64,000 nucleotides of DNA from Mytilus trossulus (Eukaryota), in the NCBI RefSeq assembly GCF_036588685.1, contig NC_086385.1, forward strand, positions 36,479,216 to 36,543,215. The letters run 5' to 3'. A program made the translations under genes and the position numbers. The notes below the pieces were generated by a model. It ran no database searches and was not told where the DNA came from. It saw only the letters and a program-made list of their open reading frames with translations. Positions 1-13,200 of this stretch are shown here, in pieces (the first letter of the stretch is position 1; each line of letters starts with the position of its first letter).

Positions 1-159
1 TAGGACAGGTGCGAACATTTGCAGCGGGATTAAACGTTTTAATGGGCCCAAACCTTCTCCCTTTTTCTGAAACAATAGCATAACATCACAACATATAAAA
101 ACATACGATAAAATATCAATTAGAAGACTTAACTCAATCAAAAAACGTATATCTGTTTG

Positions 160-410
160 ATTTGTACACATATTGTTGTCAATATATTGGAATTCGACGC
201 AACTGCCATACAAGTAAGAGGTTTAACAAGCTATATAACCTGGTTTAATCCACCATTTTCTACATAAGAAAATGCCTGTGCTAAGTCAGGAATATGACAG
301 TTGTTATCCATTCGTTGGATATGTTTAGGCGTAAGATTTTGCTATTTGATTAGGGACTTTCCGTTTTGAATTTTCCTCGAAGTTCAGTATTTTTTGTGAT
401 TTTCTTTTTT
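160..410 (+). repeat. SINE-like fragment (Nin-domain-like)
   Basis: TTTAATCCACCATTTTCTAC...TGCCTGT..AAGTCAGGAATATGACAG recurs at 26100-26220 and 30260-30452. Confidence 0.6.
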
Positions 411-542
411 CTTACACAATTTATATAATTTCTTTTATTGTATAATTAATGAAAATAAAGTCCAATAGACAACAGATATTCTTAATACAGCCGCATCAGT
501 TGTTTGTGCATTTGTAATTAAAAATTATACATATGGCAATTT

Positions 543-2282
543 TCAATCAGCAGAATGTTTACTGCATTTAACGTCAAACAGAAAGGCAACTTCATGATAG
601 TTAGCAACAAGAAGTACGTTTTTGGTTTTATGGAAATATACGGCACGAGGATTAAAAATTCCATCACTAGCTCCAATGAGCTGTTTGGCCTGTTTTCCAT
701 CTTTAGATATCACTACAACATTATTTGATTCAGACCCAGCAACATATATGTTGGAATATGAATCTAAAGTTATGCCGTATGGTTTTCTAAGCAATGAATC
801 AGAATATGTCCATTGTACCTGTCCATTGTAATTGTAACATACGACGGAATTAGTACGCCAGTTGGAATGAAAAATGTTCTTTTCATTTGAGGTAACGTAC
901 GTCTCATCTACGTCCATAGGGGCAGAAGGTAATATACGGATGTTATTTTGTTTTTGAGACGTGTCATATAGTTTAATTCCATTTTGATGTGTGCAACAAA
1001 TAAGCAATCCATTGTGACAGCTTAAGCCATAACACCAGTCGCTGAGGTCATTCACTTTGAGCAATTTTGCATTATTCATATCAATAAAGTGAATGTTTGT
1101 TGGATGATTTCCGCCACTTGATACGGCCACCGTTTGTGAATCAACCACTGCCAGGTCGTAACCAATAGCGGTTTGCTCATGTATAATACATGATTCGGAA
1201 TTTAATTCACCATTAGGACAATATGTAAGCAGATTATTATTGTGAGCTTGTAGAAATAACATGTTTCCAGCTTCTGATATGGCACATCCTGTTAGATAAT
1301 TACGACCAATGTTAATCTTTTGTACTAGCTTGACGTGTATTTCTTCAATCGATGTCGGTCCTGAAGTAGATTTATAAATTTGCGCTGATTGGTCACTTTT
1401 CCATGAATATGAAAAATGCTTTTCAGAAGAATCCATCTTCATACCTCCAAGTGTATTTATTTCTTTGATAATCGCTTCTAGCTTTTCATTGAACGTAAAT
1501 TGTAATGATACGTTGTTTAAACTCCCATTATCATACAATTTCTGGACGTTAATTTCATTGATGGAAACACTTTCTATGAATGCCTTTATTCCCATGAAGA
1601 TTTGCAGATTTGATGCAAACAGTTTTACAGATTCAACGTCTTTTTGAACTTCGTCTACTTTCTTTTTTTCTTCATTGAGTTTTGCAATCACTTCTTCTAT
1701 TTTCTGACTGTTATTTTTTTCCATTCTAGATGCTTTTTCTAGAACTTCCTCTTCTAAATGGTCTAAAAGCATAAGTATTTGTTGGCGTTTTTCTTTTATA
1801 TTTTTTACAATCACTTGCTTCTGTTCACGTAACTCTGTCAAGTTTCGCCTTCTGTCCTTTATAGCAGTAGAAATGTTACTTTCCAGATCTTTCAGAACTT
1901 TTTCAATGTTATCCAAAGGTACTGATTGGTGTCCTTTTGAAGGCGTAAGAAAATGTTCAACGAAAATAATGTCCGTGCATTCCTTATGAGCTGATATCGA
2001 ACAAAGTTTACAGCAAAGAGAGTCATGAGATTTGCAATAAAATTCAAGGAAGCAGTCATGTTCCTCACAGTTTTGTTTTATTTCCTTGATAAATGATGGT
2101 AATTTTTGATAATTTTCAATAGAGATTGTCTGATGCGATTTGAGTAATTTCGATGCCTTATGATGGTCTCTACAGTCTCGACACAGAGCCTCTTCACATT
2201 GTGGACAATATTCTTCTGCTGACGTATTAAGGTGTCTGTTTTGGCAAACATTGCAGAGTAGTACTCTTTCGTTGGTGGCCAT
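543..2282 (-). CDS. TRIM-like protein 1 (RING-less; B-box1, B-box2, coiled coil, NHL-like beta-propeller), 579 aa, intact, single coding exon
   Basis: The ORF 543..2417 begins at a non-ATG codon; the first ATG matching the paralogs (MATNERV) is at 2282. B-box motifs CNVC..CPQC..CRDC..H and CEEH..CKSH..CKLC..HKEC, a heptad-rich middle region, and NHL-like repeats (LRKPYGITLDSYSNIYVAG, IFNPRAVYF). Confidence 0.88.
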   Translation of the reverse strand: MATNERVLLCNVCQNRHLNTSAEEYCPQCEEALCRDCRDHHKASKLLKSHQTISIENYQKLPSFIKEIKQNCEEHDCFLEFYCKSHDSLCCKLCSISAHKECTDIIFVEHFLTPSKGHQSVPLDNIEKVLKDLESNISTAIKDRRRNLTELREQKQVIVKNIKEKRQQILMLLDHLEEEVLEKASRMEKNNSQKIEEVIAKLNEEKKKVDEVQKDVESVKLFASNLQIFMGIKAFIESVSINEINVQKLYDNGSLNNVSLQFTFNEKLEAIIKEINTLGGMKMDSSEKHFSYSWKSDQSAQIYKSTSGPTSIEEIHVKLVQKINIGRNYLTGCAISEAGNMLFLQAHNNNLLTYCPNGELNSESCIIHEQTAIGYDLAVVDSQTVAVSSGGNHPTNIHFIDMNNAKLLKVNDLSDWCYGLSCHNGLLICCTHQNGIKLYDTSQKQNNIRILPSAPMDVDETYVTSNEKNIFHSNWRTNSVVCYNYNGQVQWTYSDSLLRKPYGITLDSYSNIYVAGSESNNVVVISKDGKQAKQLIGASDGIFNPRAVYFHKTKNVLLVANYHEVAFLFDVKCSKHSAD

Positions 2283-4120
2283 ATCTAAATGATTGATAGT
2301 TTTTATTATTTTCAAAGGGTGCCTTACAATTTCCAAAATTCTTCTTCTGCAATCCAGTTTGTAAGCCTTAGGAAAAAAATAGGAAGAAAAATTAAGTGCA
2401 ACGATTTCTGTATTCAATTTTTGGTGTTTCTTTTAATGAAAGTCTTAGTATGAAATTCCATACATTAATACTGTACCTAAAATTTGTCAACGTAAAATTA
2501 AAAAGATACAAAGATACAAAAGATACATATTCCATATAAAGCATAACACGTGTTATGAAGCTATTTTATAAATAGCAATTAGTATTTTAAATTAAAAAAA
2601 AACATTAATTTGTAGACAGAAAATTATATACTGATTGATGAAAATCTGTGTACTAGCACAACTAACCATATGATATGTTTTATCCTTATGTTAACAAGGC
2701 CAGGATAAGGTCCCTGTATTTGAGGTATCTATTAACAAATGAAAATATGTTAATAAAATTCTGTTTGAATATAAAAATATGCAAAAAACGATTAGTCATG
2801 TTAATTATTTCAAAGTCTTGCTAGGTCTTTATATTTTAACCTACCTCAAATATTCGGTAACAACGGACGCGGAAATACGCACTAGGTTTCAGGTTTATGC
2901 ATAGTTTTTTCAGCTATCTCCCTTTCTGTAAACGAACGAAATCTGATCAATGTGAAACTGGCCCAAAGAGGTAAATTTGTTGTGTTTTTGTATTGTACTG
3001 GTATAAAACTTATATAAAAACTTTTTATGTCATTTGAATATATTTTCTATATTTTACTGTATAACTAAGGTTGATTTCATTTTCCTTTGTAGTTTTCACG
3101 TTAACTTCAGTACGATGGTTATCCCAAACACTTCTATGACAACATTATTTTGTGTGTATTAACTTTCATACGTGCTATGCCAATACACAATTAGAATGCA
3201 TTGAGTTTAACTATGAGAACTTTACTACTGCTACATATGCGAAGTGATTAGGAAAGTAATTGATGTCATATTCTACTTGCTAAGATTTCAAGACTTATTG
3301 CTATGCAGATTTTCTTTTGACTATATGGAACGGAACCTCTCATATCTCTGTTTATATTTTTGATTGTTAATGTACTTTGATATTTCAATATCATTTCCCT
3401 TACTCGACGTGTTAATTCTGTTATAAAAAAGACATTTCAATAGCATAAGTTTATATGCTGCCCTGTTTTCTAGATTTAAACTGGCTTTACTGATACTTAG
3501 AATATTATGGAACTAATTAAAGGGTCAGTAGCGCCTACAATATATCATAGTAAAATGCATACCCCTATTAAAAACCAAATCATCAACCTCAATCTTTGGA
3601 ATGTATTACTATTGATCATCAGATCATTTAAACTATATTTTCTTCAATATACGAGTATATGAATCTTAAACATGTACATGTACAAAATGTAAAGATAAAT
3701 ATAGTAACAATACACACAAATATTATCCTGCAAATGACATGATCAACATACTCGTAATTGTGAAATAGTTAAGTTTTTTTTTTATTGAATAGCAAAACAT
3801 AATGCTTTCCTAATGTTGAATTGGCTTGATTAAGCAAGAATGGGATGGTTAGGTTTTGAAAGCGTTCAAACGTGTTTTGTGTAGTTTGTGAGGTGTTTTT
3901 CTTTTGTTGGCTGATATATCCAAATTGTACTTGAAGCAAAACATTTGAAAACAAACATATATGACACATGTTTAGATTAAGTACCATTTCCCCCCATCTT
4001 ACCTGTTTATAAAACCCTCGGACTTTAAGCTGTTGTGTTATTTCATAGATTAAATCCACACTATTTACGATATTGATTTTACCTGTGATAAGTGTATGAA
4101 CGACTAATCTAAAGTACACG

Positions 4121-4861
4121 TAGAGGTCGGTCATTTACTAACGTATCAAGCGTATCGTATACGTTGACGTATCCGCATCTGCAGATATATCTAAAAATAT
4201 TATGTGATCCCGAGCTTATTAATAAGACCATGCTTCATTTAAAAAAACCTAATTGGAATCTCTTCGAAGCAATCAAACATACACTTTCAATATTTGTGAT
4301 AGTGCTGTTTTGCAAAAACAATAAGGGGTATTTTAAACTACTTTTACATGCCCTTAAAAGGGAATCAATGTAGGGTAGGTACACGAATATCCTCCAAAAC
4401 CCTTTAATAATCTAGTTAAAAAATATTTCAAGATCTTATATGAATAAACATCCCAAAAAAAATCAAATTTACTACTTATATAGTATATGTAAGGAACTTT
4501 GAATAATGGTTTTATCATAAAAGATAATAGAAAAGTACTGAGTATCACTCTATTTGTCAATTAACAATTTGTTTCTACGTGAGAACAAGTTCATACACAA
4601 ACAAACGATTTTACCGTATTCAGTTAACTGTTCCAACTATCCGGAATATCTTTAAAAGTCGGGTTATATTCCACAAAAACTCGATATTTCCTAATTGTTT
4701 TGTAAATTTCTGCATTAGAAATTAATCAGTCGCCCATTTGCATTATTGAAAGTACATAAAATTAAAGCTAGGGATCATATACTGTTTTTTGGTATATCTG
4801 CAGATGCGGATACGTCAACGTATATGATGCGGTTGATACGTCTTTAAATGACCGACCTCTT
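4121..4861. mobile_element. MITE with ~70-bp terminal inverted repeats (possibly hAT-like)
   Basis: TAGAGGTCGGTCATTT...GTATCCGCATCTGCAGATATA is mirrored at 4793-4861. The element is absent from the paralogous region at ~40783. TSD is unclear. Confidence 0.85.
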
Positions 4862-5644
4862 GTAGGACACATACATTTTGGAGAAATAGTTAAAATATCT
4901 GTTGTTTTGTTACTTTATCAATAAATACAATTTATTACATTCATTAATTGAGGAGATTTTTCGGAAATTTTTCTTTATTTGCTTTATTTTGATACCTTAT
5001 GTGTGCGGACACAATAAAAAAATGTATATGAAATTTGTTATCTTTTATGCTTTCTTCTAATTCTATTTATACAATCCCCTACATTCGACTTATCAGAAAT
5101 TTTTCTTTAGTCAGTTTACTAGAACTCATTTGTCAGAACAAAGGAAAATAATCTGAAAAATATTAAACTTACTATAGATTCCCCTTTTCTATCTGTTGAC
5201 AATTCGTGATTTAGGAATCCCAATCAGTGATCTCTGATTAAAAATATAAAAAAGGGGCGAAAGATACTAGAGGGACACTTAAACACATAGATCGAAATTA
5301 AACTGACAACGCCATAGCTAAAAAAGAAAGACAAACAGACAAATAATATATATTAACTTTATTTCCTTCTTATCAAAGATTTTGCATGCATTAAAGAATT
5401 TTTGTACAATGATAATAATTACATATTGATCAAGACATTAGAGTGATTGAATTATTTAAATGTCACATATTAATTAGAGTGATTGAATCAGTTGCATATC
5501 ACTTGAAAGTAAATTATAATATTTCTGAAGGTAAGTTAACTGTTATAAAACATGCTGCACATTCGTTAAATGTGAAATACAAGTTTTTGAGAAATAAATA
5601 CTGTTATCATTATCCAGATCATATTACGTATAACATGCCAAAAA

Positions 5645-6250
5645 CTTTGGGTGGTCTCAGGTGCTCCGGAAGGGTATGCAGGTAGGTCACATTCGCGAAA
5701 GGAGAACGGGATTGCAGTACCGATATAAGGAACATATCCGATATCATCTGGGAAACGGTAATTCCATAACGGCCAACCAACTCGTGATGGCGTCAGTAAA
5801 ATTTACGAAGGGTTGATTTCAACTTCACCATTTGGAATTCTTGGTTAAAGATATTCCTTGTGTGTAGTAACGCTCTATCAAGAAAATCATGATAGGAAAT
5901 GCAAGCCCTAAAATATTGTATCAATTGGGAGATATATACTCCGTATGCAGACGCTGCTGGAATGTAACATATAATACGAAATGGAAAGTTCATAATTGGG
6001 AAGCTTAATTCATCTCTTTTGTAATAACGTTTTGTTTTCAATCCACCCTCATTGTCAATTTCTAGATGTTAGTCAAAATAATAGGCAGACTTAAATGTAT
6101 ATGTTGTATCCTTTATCTCTAGCTCGATGGGATAGGTGCTCGAGGATAGATGCGTTCATCATAGTCACCAAATTTTAACTTATTTAGTGAGAGAACATCA
6201 TCTATATAGCGGATAGTAAAGTTAAAGAATATTGCTTACTTCTTTTCTTT
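5645..6250 (-). mobile_element. Penelope-like element RT 3' fragment (tail piece also at ~5250-5345)
   Basis: RYIDDVLSL, PAASAYGVYISQLI, QEFQMVKLKS..RKFY; degenerate. Confidence 0.8.
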
Positions 6251-7332
6251 CTCTGATTATTATCAATTTATGATACGTATCGACACTTTCCCTTTGGATA
6301 TGTATATGTAAAGAGATCATATACATCGGCAATTTTATCACGTATATCAGTCTTCATTAATATTGAATGTTGATCAAATAATAATTAACTGACAAGATGA
6401 ATGCTTGGTATTTGTGACTGGCAAATAATAAAGGCTAGCAAAAAATGTTAAAGCAGATTTGAAAGGTTTTCTACTTCACAACCTGATCGTCCAAATACAT
6501 GAATTTGAATAAAAACTATTGATAACAAAACTCTACCCTTTATACTAGCCCTTGATATATTGCAAGCAAGAACAGTGTAAATATGGCGATCAAAACAGTC
6601 ATTAGATCGGAATTCCTGTTCCTGAAATAACAAGTTATTGTGATATTGTTTGATAAAACATATTTAATCATAATTTCCTATATTTTGTTTTATGGTAATT
6701 GAATTGTGATATTCTTAATCAATAATTTCAAATTGGTCCTGATGGGGTGGGGCAAACTATTTGAAACACATTAATCTTTTTCTTTCTTCTTTTCTTTATA
6801 TGTATTTAAAATACAGCTAACGATCTAAATATAGATAAAGATTTTACCAAAAAAAAGAAGCTTCGGTAACCCTTATGGCTCATGGGTTATATTAAGCATG
6901 TTAGATAATACACGTTTCATTGGTTGCATCATGTTTATAAAAACATTGTTGAGTGTTTCTGATTTAGATAATCAATTTTATTATAACATTTTTGATTTAT
7001 TTATCATATGAATTATTAACTGTGAAAACAATTGTCAAGTGATTAATATTTGATAAACATTTGCAAGAAAGAAAGTTTTCTGCTCTTTTGTCGGGTTGAT
7101 GTCTCTTGAACACAATTTTCATGTCCAGTCTTTTTTTAGTATGGTATAAAATTGAAATAAGAAATAAATCAGAAAATTAATTTCAGATGTTCTCTTTTCT
7201 ATTTTTTCTTCTTTCTTTTCTTCTCTTTTTGTAATCTGATTACCCAAATATACGGTACACTGACTAGATTTTCCTTATCATTACAAACATACAGAATTCA
7301 ATCCGCCAATTTAAAACATTATGTTGTTCTAA

Positions 7333-7622
7333 GGGAGCAACCATTTGATTTTTATGGGGGCTAGGATGGAAAATTTTGTCCTGCATTTTTTTTTTAGTTG
7401 TAATATCTGTCCTGCCTTTTTATTTTTCACTCTATTCGGTCCTGCCTTTTTTTTTAGTTTATCCTGCCTTTTTTTTTACCTAAATTGTCATCCCGACTTT
7501 TTTTGCAAGTGTCTCATCCTGCCTTTTTTTTTTACTCAAAATTCCTGTATGCCTATTTTTTTCAAATTTCATCCTAGCCCCCCCCCCCCCCCCCCCCCCC
7601 TAAAAACCAGATGGTAGCTCCC
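7333..7622. mobile_element. PIF/Harbinger-type MITE
   Basis: TIR GGGAGCAACCATTTG / CAGATGGTAGCTCCC, TAA on both flanks, internal TCCTGCCTTTTT repeats. Confidence 0.8.
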
Positions 7623-8133
7623 TAATTAATGTTTATATTTAACAAAAGTAAGTGCCGATACGTGCCCTTTATACTAGCCTAACTTTCGTTTTCTCAAAAG
7701 CTTAGAGTCTTATAAAGCAGCATACTACTAATTGAAAAGGAATGAAAATATATATTGACAAATTCTATGCCTTATATTTAAAAATCACCATAGATCAAAC
7801 AAGTATACCTTAAAATAACATCATAGTATTGTACAAGGAATGTATGATTATTATTACAAACATTTTTTTCAGATTTGAAATTAAATTATCAATCTTAATA
7901 TAACTATGATTTTTCCAACAATAGCTATCGCGCACGCGCAATTTAACATAATGTCTGAAGTGCTATTGTTTGAAATAAAATATTAAAGATTACATAATTG
8001 TTATTTTAACATCACTCCAGTTGTCCTTGAATACTAATAAGCATTTAATTATAGCCCGAAACGAAAATTTTCATAACAAAAAAAACCGAATTCTTCATAT
8101 TGTCAGTTCATATTTTGAATTACATTTGCAAGG

Positions 8134-10254
8134 ATGAAATTTACAGAAAAGGTATGAAATTAAACTCGTATTTTTTTTTCTATTTTCAAATATTGTTATT
8201 CAAAAATGTTTGGATGATATTTTTTTATAAGATTGCCATCCTACTTTTCCAATTGATGGTTGCTTTCCTACTTTTTATACGACCCCAAGATTTTGTGGGG
8301 GGATTCGTGTAATGCTATGATGTCGTCTGCGTCGTCTGTATCGTCGTTGTTGTCGTCGTCGTCGTCCGAATACACATTTGGTTTACGGACAATAACTTAT
8401 GTTCTAGTGAATGGATCTTTATAGAATTTTAAAAGAATGTTCAATACTACACAAGAAAGGTTTGGATTGATTTTGGGGTTAATGGTACTAACAGTTTCGG
8501 AATAAGGGGCCACAAAGGGACAAACAACAGCATTTTTGTAGTTTAATTTCAGTCTATAACTTGTGTGTTAGTGTATGGATCTCTCTGACATTGCACCACA
8601 ATGTTTTACATTACAAAGGAAAACAGGGATTTAATTTAGGGATAATGGCCTCAAATAAGGGTCAAAGAAGAGGCCAAAATTAAGCATTATTTCTAGTTTC
8701 CATACAATAACTTGTGTTTAAGTGTATGGATATCTCTTCAATTTTACTACAAGGTTCAATGCTACAAAAGAAAAGGCAGGGATTGAGTTGGGGGTAAGTG
8801 CTCCAAAGGGGGGGGGGGGGTTAAATAAAATTGGGGGGAGGTTTTTTTTCAAAAAGTTTCAAATTCATTTTTTTTTTTAAGTTTCACGAAGAAATCTTCA
8901 TTTGGGAAGTGCTATTTTGCAGGTTGCAGGTTGCGGGTTGCAGGTTGCAGGTCACACATAAATATTATATGTATGTAAATACATGTATAAAATCTACCCC
9001 ATGACTAATAAATTTAAAATTATTTAAAATAATTCAATAATCATAATTTTGATACACATACATGTATCTTATAATGCTAATTCTACTTCTTAATTGCTAT
9101 TAATATAGTTCTAAACATCGATTCCAATTAAGTGAAATCAATACAAACTTGACATGGACTGAACAGGTTCTATAGAACATATTTTTCTGTATTAATCTAG
9201 TTACATAAACAATTAAATTCCTTTTGGTGGACATCCAACATCGTTGAGGCTTATATTAAGAAATTATTAGGTTTAAATAATTGTATAAATGCCCTTTCTT
9301 GCATGAACATAATTTAGCGCAAAAAACAAACAAAATAACTTCCTTCCCTTTATCTGATAAGAATTGTATCCGTGAGATCTCTAAATAAAGAGGACAACCT
9401 AAATATAGATAAAGATTTTCCAAAAACTATATTCGGGAACCCATTTGGCTAAATAGTTATATTTAGCATGCTAGATAATACATGTATCATTGGTTGCATC
9501 ATGTTTATAAAACATTGTTAATTAGTCTTTAACAATATTTTTGAATATTTCATCATTTAAAAATACTAATTGTGCAGATAATGGTCAGATGTTTAATATT
9601 TGATAAACATTGACAAAAGAGAAGACCGTGGTCTTAAAATGACATAAGTGATAAATGGATCATAGATTTCAAATGTTCCGCCATTTTCTGTCTATCTATG
9701 CTTTAAACAAAATAAGTATTCTTGATTTACAACCTCATAGTATTGTGCAAACTTGTACGATAACTATCAATAAAATGTGTACTATTTTTAGATTTGAAAT
9801 CTACTTACCAATCTAAATATAACTAATGTGGACTTTCCAACTAGAGCTATCGCGCAATTTAAAACTGTTTGACGTGCTTTTTGTGTAGAAAATCTTACCG
9901 ATTACATCATTATTATTTATTCATCACTTCAGTTGTCCTTGAATACTGATAAGCATTTAATTATAGTCTCAATGAAAATTTTCATAACAATAAAAAGAAT
10001 AAAAAGCAAATTTTCATTTTATCGGTTCATATTTTGAATAACATTTGCAAAGATGAAGCTGACAGAAAAGGTATGAAATTAAGCGCATTATATATTTCAA
10101 GACTATTTTCGAATCTGATTAGTCACAAATGTATAGATGGGATGTGTTTTTAAGATTTTTATCCTAGTTTTTATACGACCGCAAAAATTATAAAAATTTT
10201 TGGTCGTATATTGGTATCACGTTGGCGTCGTCGTCTGTGTCGTCGTCGTCGTCT

Positions 10255-10289
<35 letters not shown>

Positions 10290-13200
10290 CGAATACTTTT
10301 AGTTTTCGCACTCTAGTAAGAGTGAATAGAAATCTATGAAATTTGAACACAAGGTTTATGACCACAAAAGGAAGGTTGGGATTGATTTTGGGAGTTTTGG
10401 TCCCATCAGTTTAGGAATTAGGGGCCAAAAAGGGCACAAATAAGCATTTTCTTGGTTTTCGCACTATAACTTTAGTTTAAGTGAATAGAAATCTATGAAA
10501 TTTTAACACAAGGTTTATGACCACAAAAAAAAGGGTGGGATTGATTTTGGGAGTTTTGGTTCCAACAGTTTAGGAATTAGGGGCCAACAAAGGACCAAAA
10601 TAAGCATTATTCTTAGTTTTCGCACAATAACTTAAGTATTAGTAAATAGAAATCAATGAAATTTAAATACAAGGTCTATAACCACAAAAGAAAGATTGGG
10701 ATTGATTTTGAGAGTTGAGGTCCGAACAGTTTAGGAATTGGGGGCCAAAAAGGGGCCCAAATAAGCATTTTTCTTGGTTTTCGAACTATAACTTTAGTAT
10801 AAGTAAATAGATATCTATGAAATTTAAACACAAGGTTTATAACCATAAAAGGAAGGTTGGGAGTGATTTTGGGAGTTTTGATCCCAACAGTTTAGGAATA
10901 AGGGGCCCAAAGGGTTCAACATTAAACTTTGTTTGATTTAATAAAAAATTGAATAATTGGGGTTCTTTGATATGCCGAATCTAACTGTGTATGTAGATTC
11001 TTAATTTTTGGTCCCGTTTTCAAATTGATCTACATTAAGGTCCAAAGGGTCCAAAATTAAACTTAGTTTGATTTTAACTAAAATTGTATCCTTGGGGTTC
11101 CTTGATATGCTGAATCTAAATATGTACTTAGATTTTTGATTATTGGCCCAGTTTTCAAGTTGGTCCAAATCAGGATCCAAAATTATCATATTAAGTATTG
11201 TTCAATAGCAAGAAATTTTCAATTGCACAGTATTCAGCAATAGCAAGAAATCTTCAATTGCACAGTATTGTGCAATAGCAAGTCTTTTCAATTGCACAGC
11301 ATTGTGCAATAGCAAGAAATATCTAATTGCACAATATTGTGCAATAGCAAGACATTTTTTAATTGGAGTTATCTTTCTTTGTCTAGAATAGAAGTTGAAT
11401 TAACTTAAATCATTGTTTTATACAATATACAATGTATATTCACTTTTACTTCCAACTGAGAAATTAAAACAATCTTTACCATTCAGTGATAACAAGCACT
11501 TTTTTTACATTTTAATATTTTATGATGTATTTAAATGAGTAGTTATTGTTGCAAACTCCATTAGAAATTTGAATTGAGTTCAGTTTTGGAATAAGGGAAT
11601 GGGGGATGTGAAAAAAAAATTTGGGGGGGGGTTCAATTTTACTCATTTCAGATTTCATAAATAAAAAGAAAACTTCTTCAAACAATTTTAGAGAGGATTT
11701 ATATATTCAACAGCATAGCGAATTGCTCAAAGGCAAAAACAAAAATTTTACGTTCATTAGACCATATTAATTGTGTGTCAGAAACCTATGCTGTGTCAAC
11801 TTTTTAATCACAATCCAAATTTAGAGCTTAATCCAGCTTGAATGTTGTGTCCATACTTGCCCCAACCGTTCAGGGTGCAACCTCTGCGGTCGTATAAAGC
11901 TGCGCCCTGCGGAGCATCTTTTTCCATTTTAGTTTTATTTACTTTTTATAAGATATTTTATCATGTTTATAGTAAATGTTTAAGGACTATCAATTGTTCT
12001 ATAATTATCATCAGAGATCGATATATCCTTTTTATACTGCCATGTGAGAGACTGAAAAACAGTAACGATGACCAAATATTTTGCGGTAATAATCTCAACG
12101 AATGTCCCATGTGGTGCAAATTTAACAAATACATTAAATAATTAAACGATAAGTATTGTCATAGATCACAATTAGTATATTTGGTGATCTAATTTTTCCA
12201 AGCTGTAAGCATGGTAAAACAATTTCGCAAAAAGTAACTTACATGAACATGATAACGGTATAGAGAGAAAACGACAGAATAGTTATCAAAGGTACCAGGA
12301 TTATAATTGTGTACGCCAGCACGCGTTTCGTCTACATAAGACTCTTCAGTGAAAGTAAAGCCAAACAAGTACAATGTTGAAGAGCATTGAGGATCAACAA
12401 TTCCAAAAAGTTGTGCCAAATACGGCTAAGGTAATCTATGCCTGGGATAAGAAAATCCTTAGTTTTTCGAAAAAATTCAAGTTTTGAAAACAGGAAATTT
12501 ATAAATATGACCACATTATTGATATTCATGTCAACACCGAAGTGTTGACTACTGGGCTGGTGATACCCTCGGGGGCGAAACGTCCACCAGCAGTGGCATG
12601 GACCCAGTGGTGTAAATAGTTATAAAAGCTACGAGGATTATAATTGTGTACGCCAGACGCGCGTTTCGTCTACATAAGACTCATCAGTGACGCTCATATC
12701 AAGAGATTTTAAAGCCAAACAAGTACAAAGTTGAAGAGCATTGGGGATCCAAAATTCCAAAAAGTTGTACCAAATACGGCTAAGGTATTCTATGCAAAAG
12801 AGCGCTAGTGGTAAACGTCACTAACGGTTCTAATATTTCTGAAAAGGGTGAACCGCTCCCGTCATGATTCAGTGATTTCCTTTTAAATTAACAAAACGTT
12901 TTTTCAAAAAGGGGGCCCTGGTTACCCACAGCCTCTTTTAATCCGCCAACGAACGTATGTTCGGACAATTACTTTCAATTATCATTAGAATCTTAAAAAT
13001 ACATCAACAGATATACATACATATAATTATAAGATTCAAAGAAGAAGAGTTTGTATCTTCAAAAATTCTTGATCTGTCGTGTACATTGACAACCGAAACA
13101 GCTATATTTTAAAGAACTTTTTTATCATATTTAACATGCTTAATTTACGATGTAACTGCTCAATTGTTTTTGAAGATACCATGATACAATTGATATTCGC

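Noticed and set aside
2283-2417. N-terminal 45-aa extension of the 624-aa ORF
   Set aside because: It starts at a non-ATG codon, crosses a predicted splice acceptor (~2367) and has no counterpart in the paralogs.
5250-6250. Penelope fragments at similar places in both TRIM/GIY intervals (also 53897-54690) as a shared ancestral insertion
   Set aside because: The second copy is nearly intact while the gene duplication is old (64% protein identity). The family is abundant, so independent insertion is likelier.
8918-8952. (GCAGGTT)n heptamer run as a telomere-like seed
   Set aside because: It has only five units and is not TTAGGG; more likely the end of another small transposon that truncates the HINE.
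10171-10365. Poly-Arg ORF resembling a protamine
   Set aside because: It is the translation of the (CGT)n microsatellite of a HINE element.
10300-11360. Regular repeats that could be mistaken for a CRISPR array
   Set aside because: These are tandem units without unique spacers, inside a eukaryotic Helentron-like element, with no cas genes.
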